Source: Octopus vulgaris
Lineage: Eukaryota
Assembly (NCBI GenBank): GCA_951406725.2
Contig: OX597820.1
Coordinates: forward strand, 101,990,001-102,054,000
Direction of reading: 5' to 3'
DNA: 64,000 bases
Of this stretch, positions 26,597-35,832 are shown one piece after another. The notes under the pieces were generated by a model that worked only from the letters and a program-made list of their open reading frames with translations, had not been told where the DNA came from and ran no database searches. Made by a program: the position numbers and the translations under genes. The stretch's first letter is position 1. The number at the start of each line of letters is the position of its first letter.

Positions 26597-26703
26597 ATTT
26601 CTTACTGATGAGTCTAAGGGCCTATGGTGGATTGGCTTGATTTAATTTAATCAGGTTAGTTTACCATTAAACGGTAGATGAAACGGTGCATCGTCTAAGA
26701 AAT
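26597..26703 (+). ncRNA. Type I hammerhead ribozyme, copy 1 (predicted cleavage after C26695)
   Basis: Stem I atttctta (26597-26604)/taagaaat (26696-26703), 8 bp; core CTGATGA 26605-26611; stem II gtcta/tagat extended by a 19-bp hairpin; GAAAC 26680-26684; stem III acggt-gc-atcgt; cleavage triplet GTC 26693-26695. Confidence 0.9.
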
Positions 26704-27087
26704 TACAGGGTAAAAGTTTTTCAATTTTCTCCTGGTTTACGGTATTAATGTTATTTTGCGGTTAAAGCTTTTGGCTGTTATTTCTAGTGGGTGAATGGCC
26801 TATTATGGCCGTTCCTTGATTGTGATGTTGAACGTAAAAATGGTTTATGACTATTTAATTTTTTTCCTACTAGGCCGCTGGTGGCAAAAGAATTCTACAA
26901 AATTTTTTTGCCACCCTATATTGATTAATTATGAATTTTCTGGTTAGTTCCGTAAAGGAATCGGTGGCTTATATTTATTTGCTGCCGATAAATTTGGCGC
27001 GAGTGCGACGATTTGAAAATTTTAGGTCAGATATTGCCGAGGTAGCAAGAGGAATGCCTCGTGAAAAATATCTGTTCCGATTTGGCT

Positions 27088-27194
27088 ATTTCTTACTGAT
27101 GAGTCTAAGGGCCTATGGTGGATTGGCTTGATTTAATTTAATCAGGTTAGTTTACCATTAAACGGTAGATGAAACGGTGCATCGTCTAAGAAAT
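27088..27194 (+). ncRNA. Type I hammerhead ribozyme, copy 2 (cleavage after C27186)
   Basis: Identical to copy 1; CTGATGA at 27096. Confidence 0.9.
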
Positions 27195-27577
27195 TACAGG
27201 GTAAAAGTTTTTCAATTTTCTCCTGGTTTACGGTATTAATGTTATTTTGCGGTTAAAGCTTTTGGCTGTTATTTCTAGTGGGTGAATGGCCTATTATGGC
27301 CGTTCCTTGATTGTGATGTTGAACGTAAAAATGGTTTATGACTATTTAATTTTTTCCTACTATGCCGCTGGTGGCAAAAGAATTCTACAAAATTTTTTTG
27401 CCACCCTATATTGATTAATTATGAATTTTCTGGTTAGTTCCGTAAAGGAATCGGTGGCTTATATTTATTTGCTGCCGATAAATTTGGCGCGAGTGCGACG
27501 ATTTGAAAATTTTAGGTCAGATATTGCCGAGGTAGCAAGAGGAATGCCTCGTGAAAAATATCTGTTCCGATTTGGCT

Positions 27578-27684
27578 ATTTCTTACTGATGAGTCTAAGG
27601 GCCTATGGTGGATTGGCTTGATTTAATTTAATCAGGTTAGTTTACCATTAAACGGTAGATGAAACGGTGCATCGTCTAAGAAAT
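27578..27684 (+). ncRNA. Type I hammerhead ribozyme, copy 3 (cleavage after C27676)
   Basis: Identical to copy 1; CTGATGA at 27586. Confidence 0.9.
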
Positions 27685-28067
27685 TACAGGGTAAAAGTTT
27701 TTCAATTTTCTCCTGGTTTACGGTATTAATGTTATTTTGCGGTTAAAGCTTTTGGCTGTTATTTCTAGTGGGTGAATGGCCTATCATGGCCGTTCCTTGA
27801 TTGTGATGTTGAACGTAAAAATGGTTTATGACTATTTAATTTTTTCCTACTAGGCCGCTGGTGGCAAAAGAATTCTACAAAATTTTTTTGCCACCCTATA
27901 TTGATTAATTATGAATTTTCTGGTTAGTTCCGCAAAGGAATCGGTGGCTTATATTTATTTGCTGCCGATAAATTTGGCGCGAGTGCGACGATTTGAAAAT
28001 TTTAGGTCAGATATTGCCGAGGTAGCAAGAGGAATGCCTCGTGAAAAATATCTGTTCCGATTTGGCT

Positions 28068-28174
28068 ATTTCTTACTGATGAGTCTAAGGGCCTATGGTG
28101 GATTGGCTTGATTTAATTTAATCAGGTTAGTTTACCATTAAACGGTAGATGAAACGGTGCATCGTCTAAGAAAT
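28068..28174 (+). ncRNA. Type I hammerhead ribozyme, copy 4 (cleavage after C28166)
   Basis: Identical to copy 1; CTGATGA at 28076. Confidence 0.9.
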
Positions 28175-29180
28175 TACAGGGTAAAAGTTTTTCAATTTTC
28201 TCCTGGTTTACGGTATTAATGTTATTTTGCGGTTAAAGCTTTTGGCTGTTATTTCTAGTGGGTGAATGGCTTATTATGGCCGTTCCTTGATTGTGATATA
28301 TAAATATATATATATGTGTGTGTGTGTTTGACAACTGATGCCGGTGTGTTTACGTCCCCGTCACTTGGTGGTTCGGCAAAAGAGACCAATAGAATAAGTA
28401 CTGGGCTTACAAAGAATAAGTCCCAGAGTCGATTTGCTCAACTAAAGGCGGTGCTCCAGCATGGCCGCAGTCAAATGACTGAAACAAGTAAAAGAGTATA
28501 AAATGGGGATAATACATTTCATTTTGCCTGTTAATATAAACAATCCTAAACACACACATACATACATGTAAAGTAGGAGCATTATGATGCATTAGATAAA
28601 TAGCTATTGAAGAAACTTATGCAAAGCACCGAACATCATCTATCTTATTATTCATAATGGATATGAAGTAACAAAGAAGTGAACTGAAAGAATATATTTA
28701 TATTCACGTCGTTTACTTTTAAGCAGGGCTAGTTGGACAAGAACACTGACATTGCAAACTTATGGTGCTGTCTTTGTAAAATGTTGGCAGAGAAACCACA
28801 GGAAAACCTGGAGGGAATTAACAGATGTTATTGCCAGAGATGTGGAATGGTTGTAAATGAAAATCTGAGTTTTAGGTGATGTGATGGCTGTAATAATAAT
28901 GAAGTCAGTTTTCTTTCAACAGTCACAAGGACAGTTTTTTTGAAGGAAATAATAATAATAATGATGATTTCAATTTTTTGCTATAAGGGTAGTGTGTGGT
29001 GGGGAAGGTATTAAGTCGATTACATCAACTCCAGTGAGTAACTGGTATTTATTTAATCGACTCCGAAAGGATGAAAGGCAAAGTCAATCTCGGTGGAATT
29101 TGAACTCAGAATGTAAAGACGGATGAAATGCCCACGAAGCATTTCGTCCAGCATGCTAACAATTCTGCCAGCTTGCCGCC

Positions 29181-29242
<62 letters not shown>

Positions 29243-30451
29243 CTTTTCTACTAAAGGCACAAGGACTGAAATTTTGGAGGGGTGGACTAGATGATTACAT
29301 CAACCTCAGTGTTTCACTGGTACTTAATTTATCAACCCCCACCCACAAAAGGACAAAAGGCAAAATCAACCTCAGCAGAATTTGAACTCAGAATGTAAAA
29401 ATGTATGAAAAGCTGCTAAGCATTCTACTCTATGTGCTAACAATTCTACCAACTCACCACCAATAATAACGGATTTTGATTTTGGTAGAAAGGCCATAAA
29501 TAGCAGAGGGAGTGGGTTGGTTGATGACATCAACTCTCATACTTCACTAGTATGTTACTTTATTGATCCCAAAAGGGATGGAAGGCAAAGTTGACATCAA
29601 TTAGGTTTGAACTCAAACATATACATGACAACATTCACTCTCTTTAATACTTTCCATTTCTTTCACCATAAACTCTATAAAAAAAAAAAAAAGAGTAATT
29701 CCAAGTTCTGATCGATGTGGCATTTTGCTTAGTTTCTTGTAAGTGCTTGTTCTAGTGCTGACCAAATCAATACTTCAATTTCAACCTTTAGATCTATCTG
29801 ATTTTTCCCAAACACTCTCCCATGACACTTGTTTAGCCACACTGTTGGTCATATATCTCTGACAAACTGTCCATGCATTGCTTTTCCATTCCAGTGTATC
29901 TTTTCCCTCTATTAGCCACCATTCTTAACTTGTTCATTATTCCTCTCACTCATGTTCTAAGCTGCCTTTGACATCCATCTATTTCATATCCAAAACTATC
30001 ATCTTATGCCTTATTTCTTCAAGTTCTAATTCAGTTAGCTTGCTATTTTAGCTACCCAATCCGAATTGCTAAACGGTCATAAATAAACTCCTTTCTTTCC
30101 ATTCTCAGTAAAACCTCTGAAGTACAGAGTTACTTCATTATTAACAAATATTTCATAACAACTATGTTCAAATCTTTGCTTCATTTATTGTGTACAATAG
30201 CTGGATGATAGCTGTGTAGTGGCTGACACCCTATCCAAAACAAACTGGGTGAAGGGTCTTTATTTCAGTTCTATTCCTGCTGTTATTTGCATAAATTTAA
30301 CTGGATTTTTGCATCATTATAAAAATGAGATGTTAGTGAATTTAAGCTTTCACAAACAGCAGTATTTTCATTGAAACATCATCTGTACAAGGACTGTCAG
30401 CAACCAAATCTGAAGAGATCCTCCAACTCATGTGATATAATTATATCTCAC

Positions 30452-30631
30452 CAGATGCCAACCCAATACTTCAAGTCCATGGAGTAAATTATTATCATTA
30501 CTGTTGTTGATATTATTATAACTGATATTGTTATTATCATTATTATTATTATTGTTGTTGTTATTCTTGCAGACACTTGGATAAGAGATAGGATCATATG
30601 ACAGGTTTGACTCTGTGATTACAACCAGAAT
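30452..30631 (-). CDS. Putative exon E (ILVVITESNLSYDPISYPSVCK-polyN-LLHGLEVLGWHL)
   Basis: Acceptor attttacag|ATT, donor CTG|gtgaga; 180 nt, phase 0-0; frame stays open across an AAT/AAC repeat. Confidence 0.6.
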
Positions 30632-31113
30632 CTGTAAAATAATCATATTGCTGTTAAAGTAGGAAGAAATATAAACCAGTTCTGGAGTCATGAAAGTTAA
30701 TTGCAACATGAAGCTATGAAGTACAAATGTCTAGCAATCGCTTTCATCTTGTAAGACTACCAATGTGTGTGTGTGCGCATGTAAGCACACGTCTGTGTGT
30801 GTATCTATGTGTGCTATGTGCACATGTGTGTACACGAGTCGTCATAGCATAGAAGAGACACGAGATCAAAGTAATTTATATATATACTTGAGAGGAACAT
30901 ATCTGTAAAAGAAAAGGAAATGAAACTAACAATCTGAGTAATAAGTGATCTGAGTCCATCAGTAAGACAGAAGAACTTGGACGTACATACATATATGCAT
31001 GTATTCATACATATATTGTTATATATATAAGTATATAGCTATATAAGCAGACCTACACATATATACATACCTGTATCCATAGTGTGACACACCAGCACAG
31101 CTAAAGACACACA

Positions 31114-31191
31114 CACACATGTAATATCTCATACGGACATACAGAAACCGTATAAATGCATATGCATACACATATACATCTACATACAACA

Positions 31192-31239
<48 letters not shown>

Positions 31240-31331
31240 TTATATATATCACACACATGTAATATCTCATATGGACATACAGAAACCTTATAAATGCATA
31301 TGCATACACATATACATCTACATACAACAAT

Positions 31332-31376
<45 letters not shown>

Positions 31377-31467
31377 ACATGTAATATCTCATATGGACAT
31401 ACAGAAACCTTATAAATGCATATGCATACACATATACATCTACATACAACAATTATATATATATATA
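31114..31467 (+). repeat. Tandem triplication of an ~80-bp unit separated by (TA)n
   Basis: cacatgtaatatctcata(c/t)ggacatacagaaacc(g/t)tataaatgcatatgcatacacatatacatctacatacaacaatt x3. Confidence 0.9.
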
Positions 31468-33249
31468 ATGCTTACACATATTTATACAAGCAATATGTGC
31501 AAATGTATAACATGATTATACATACATGAATATGAATACATGTGTATATACACACAAAATGTGTTAGTAAGTATACTAAATTATGCACAATAAAATTCAT
31601 AACATTTATAATACATAAAAATACAAAAATTTTATATACAAATATATTTACATGTGTGCACACACCTAAACAGACATTTACGTGCACACACACATAACTA
31701 TACAAACATATACACCCACACATACACACAAGTATAAATTTATAACACAGATGCAAGCATGGCTATATGGTTAAGAAGCTTAATTCCTAATCATAAGGTT
31801 CCAGGTTCTGTCCCACAGCATGCCACCTTAGCTAAATGCCTTGTACTATAGCCCATATTGTGGTTGGATCTGATAGACGGAAACTGAAAGTTTGTTGTGA
31901 GTGTGTGCCTCTTTTCTTGGAATCCTGAGAGTTGTAAACAAGTGTTCCTATCATACAAGCAGTGCCATTTGTAATCAATCTTCCACAAAAACATGTCTGG
32001 TCGTAAGGAAGTTTTAATCTTGCTTGGAAACAAGTGAGTGTTGGCAACAGGAATGGGATCCTGCCACAGAAAATCTGCCTCAACAAATTCTGCCTGATTC
32101 ATACAAGCATGACAAACTGGGATGTTAAAACAATGATAATGAGAGTTAATTTTGTACAAGAAAAACCTATGAAATAAGGGAATTGAAGGCCTTCATTAAT
32201 GAATTGATGAATTAAAAACGTATGAAAAGTGTGACTGTTTTTAGTGTGCAAAATAGAAGTTGTAAGGTATTAACAACTGTAATAACAAAATAAATATGGA
32301 AAATATTTTACAAGCCAATGAAATCAACTAACACCTATCCTCAAAACTCTTGGTCATATGCTTAACACACTATCATCTGCATCAATATATATTTAACAGC
32401 TGGATGCCCCTCCTGTCGCCAATCTTCATCCATTTCCAAATAGGATAATATTCCCCATGTCAGACACATTTTCATTGTCGTATGACTATCAGAAACTGAA
32501 AGAAGTCACGTGTGTGTGGGCTATAGTAGAAGACACTTACCAAAGGTACCATGCAGTGGGATTGAACATGGAAGCATGTGGTTGGAAAGCAAACTTCTTA
32601 CCACACAGCCATGCCTGCACCTTTTATTAATGTCTTTAATTGTGGTTAAAGATACAGTGTAAAATACTTTTTATCAGTATATAAAGATAAACATACAAGA
32701 ATATAAAGACACGCATACATAATATATCTCTCATACAAATGAGATGTCAACTGTCATAACCAACCAGCTGCTTTAAAATACGAGTTATGTTTAATGGTTA
32801 GAGAAGTAATATTTTGTTGATTTTATTAATGTTCCTTATAACTTATTTTATTTCCATATTAACAGAGAAACGTGTTGGCATTTGCGTAAATTATTACAGA
32901 TGTTTGATTAAATAGTTAGAATAAGAATTTTATATCAGATGACATTTTTACCTTTAACTATTTGACCATGGAAGTAGAAGTGGAAACCTATTTTCCAGTT
33001 AGGTTATCCAAGACAAACAGAATAACTTAACCTTGTTAAAGAACAGAGTGATGTAAAGAAGGTTAGTGTAGAGATAAATGAAAACAATTTGGAACAAAGA
33101 TGAGTTACACCTGAGAGGTTTATGTTTCACACTAATGTAACTTTAAGATGGATAGAGAGATGGTCTTTATCAGATCTGTTTTTCAACCTATACATTAACT
33201 AGCAATGCTCAATTAATTTGGTGCTGACTGCCTTTTAGTGATGATGATG

Positions 33250-33286
<37 letters not shown>

Positions 33287-33289
<3 letters not shown>

Positions 33290-33593
33290 TCAAGAAGGGA
33301 ACCAAAAATTATATGAGAATGATCCCTGGCTTACCATCCCTGCAAGAAGTGCAAAAGATTGTCTTAACTGGTACATCACACGTATTCAGAAGAGCATTGT
33401 CGATGTGAGAACTGTTGCTGCTCATGTATTTTAATTTAAATTTAACTTTAAAAAAAAAAAAAAAAAAAAAATTAACGAACTACTGAGTTTGGTTTAATGG
33501 CCTACCAATATATACTATGAGTTTCTTTGCCCTAGGAGTCGGGAAGACACTCGGCAAGAAATGGAAGCAAATTTGAAAGAAGAAAAAAAAAAA

Positions 33594-33594
<1 letters not shown>
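33287..33594 (+). mobile_element. 5'-truncated Dong/R4-clade non-LTR retrotransposon in (TAA)n
   Basis: MIKKGTKNYMRMIPGLPSLQEVQKIVLTGTSHVFRRALSM*, then a 3' UTR and an A-rich end, flanked by (TAA)n. Confidence 0.8.
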
Positions 33595-33639
<45 letters not shown>

Positions 33640-33642
<3 letters not shown>

Positions 33643-34240
33643 CAACTGCTGACAAATGGTATAAACATCATCCTGAAAGCTGTGACTGAGGGATTAAATG
33701 TATCGATTCTATGGGACTTCCCGTGCAGACCGACAAGACTATAAAAGCTAATAAACCGGATATTATTATAAAAGATCAGACAAAAAGGACATGTTTATTA
33801 ATTGACATGAGTATTCCCTGTGATCACAATATAGCAGCGAAAGAATTTGATAAGATTAGTAAATATAAAGACCTGCTAATAGAAATTGAAAAAATGTGGC
33901 ATCTCAAGGCGACTACAGTACCAGTGATTGTAGGATCTCTAGGAATGATAAAAAAAGGTACTGAAACCTATTTGAAAATGATTCCAGGCTTACCATCCCT
34001 ACAGGAAGTGCAAAAAATCGTATTAACTGGAACGGCTCATTGACTGAGAAGAGCACTATAGCTGTGAAAATAACATCCATCCATGAATTTATTTATTTAT
34101 TAATTTTTAAATACATATTTTATCTGTGAATTTGCACGTGTAATCTGGGAATGCATACAATGCCCTTCTCTGCCCTAGGTGTATGGAAAACACTCGGCGA
34201 GAAACGGAAGAAAATTTGAAGAAAGAAGGAAAAAAAAAAC
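33640..34240 (+). mobile_element. 5'-truncated Dong/R4-clade retrotransposon, restriction-like endonuclease domain
   Basis: WDFPVQTDKTIKANKPDIIIKD...CLLIDMSIP...KISKYKDLLIEIEKMW...PVIVGSLG matches the PD..D RLE domain of R4/Dong elements; embedded in (TAA)n. Confidence 0.88.
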
Positions 34241-34394
34241 ATAATAATAATAATAATAATGGTGTGACAAGGAAATATTTTTTGCTTTTAGTTTGCTGTT
34301 GTAGGTTAGTTCCTAGATACATTTTACGGATGTTCCAGGATGCATCCTCAGAAATATCCTTAAGATCTTTGGAGGTTTTGGGTTATTCAACACC

Positions 34395-34545
34395 AGAACA
34401 TCAGACCACCCTTGCTCAATTGACTTAGCTAGTATTAATCAAGCTCAGCTTGCATCCCAACAACACCAACAGCAGGTCTGTCTCCTTTACCCAAAGCCAC
34501 CTAATGGCTTTCTCTGCGGCTTCAGTAGTCCCAGCACCAATACAC
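34395..34545 (-). mobile_element. 3' fragment of a HERO/R2-like RLE retrotransposon
   Basis: Minus strand reads TEAAEKAIRWLWVKE, resembling the AAE(R/K)AS.WLW C-terminus of HERO-type elements. Confidence 0.45.
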
Positions 34546-35195
34546 TTTACTGTATCAGTAACAAGGGGTTCAAAATCCTGCTGTAGAGAAAATCCTCTAC
34601 ACAGATAAAAAGAGCGTCAAACAATAAAAGCAACAATGGTAGGTGGAACAAGTGCAAGCTATTTAATGGTATATACAAAGGATATAATTTAATATAGTTT
34701 CTTTAGGGTCAATAATATACTTAACAGCAAACGGGACCACTACAACTCTAAGATGAAATATTAATGAAAACTCTAAAATTATAAAAATAACAATAATAAC
34801 AATAATCTTTTCTACTTTAAGCCCAGGGCCTGAAATTTGGAGGGAGGAGTTTAGTCAATTGCATCAACCCCAGTGTTCAATTGATTCTTATTTCATCAAC
34901 CCTGAGAGGATGAAAGAAAGTCAGCCTTGGCAGAATAATAACAATAATGACTTTTTTTTCTTCTTTCTAATTTTGGCACAAAGCCAGCAATTTTGAGTGG
35001 AGAGGGCTAATTGATTACATTAACCACAGTACTTGAACTGGTGCATTATTTCATTGACCCTGAAAGGATGAAAAGCAAAGCAGATCTCACTGAGATGTGA
35101 ACTCAGCATATAAAGAGCCAGAAGAAAGAAATACTGCTAGGCATTTTGCTTGTTTAACACACTAATGATTCTGCCAGCTTGCCACCTAAATAATG

Positions 35196-35235
<40 letters not shown>

Positions 35236-35359
35236 AGACTGGAGCCTGGTGCAGCCTACTGGCTTCCCAGATCCCCGGTCGAACCGTCCAACCCATGCTA
35301 GCATGGAGAACGGACGTTAAACGATGATGATGATGATGAATAATTATAATAATAATAAT

Positions 35360-35832
35360 ACATTGTTTTGTCTTGGTATAAAAGATGGGCTATGGCAAAT
35401 ATTCTGCTCAATACCACAGATTTGCTTGTCAGTTGTTTGACCATAACCAGTTGAGCATGTCCCTTAGTGGCTGACGATATGTGCATCTCTGATCACAAGC
35501 AGAAGTAGTGGGGGAGCATCATAGCCATTTGTTGAGATGAATTCTTTGGGGTTTGAATAATTCATCTTTGGAAACATGGATGTTTCTTTCAACATCCTTA
35601 AACAACCCTTATTCAGGGTCCTTTTGAGTAGGATGGGTTACTCGACCAGAAGAAAGTTCTAACTGGGCCCCACCTGCAAGGTCATGTGCTGTTTATCTTG
35701 ATATGAGATCAACATATGTGCAATGCATGTCCCTAGTGTACCCTTATCAGACAGGTAGTCATGATGGGTATACTGGGCTTCGTATATTTTACCCCAGTGT
35801 CACTTTGATGGCATGCACTGCTCTGTCACTCA
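35360..35832. repeat. Discrete ~470-bp element bounded by (TAA)n
   Basis: GC-richer block with sharp (TAA)n boundaries on both sides; single copy in the window, family not assigned. Confidence 0.4.

Larger units (their letters stand above)
26570..28297 (+). mobile_element. Tandem array (~3.5 x 490 bp) of hammerhead-ribozyme-containing units; candidate non-LTR retrozyme
   Basis: Unit starts (gtgaaaaatatctg) at 26570, 27061, 27551 and 28041. The units differ at only about 5 positions in total. One hammerhead motif per unit. The array interrupts a SINE at its (TA)n tract. Confidence 0.88.
26401..28497 (+). mobile_element. SINE family A split by the hammerhead array (5' half 26401-26569, 3' half 28298-28497)
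   Basis: The head ends at agaagcctgtcgtatatat; the (TA)n(TG)n tract and tail resume at 28298. Confidence 0.9.

Noticed and set aside
26931-27131. 66-aa ORF repeated in each 490-bp unit (also 27421-27621 and 27911-28111)
   Set aside because: It repeats only because the unit repeats. It has no recognisable motif and runs over the hammerhead core and hairpins. 490 is not a multiple of 3 and the frame has a stop, so there is no endless circular ORF.
26570-28297. Minus-strand hammerhead, CRISPR array or rDNA interpretation of the tandem array
   Set aside because: No TCNTCAG on the + strand, so no antisense CUGANGA core. The units have no variable spacers and no rRNA-like sequence.
30410-30420. 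Other CTGANGA occurrences in the window (e.g. ctgaagag ~30410, ctgatga ~49220 and ~62499)
   Set aside because: No correctly placed GAAA or NUH and no pairing stems; not hammerheads.
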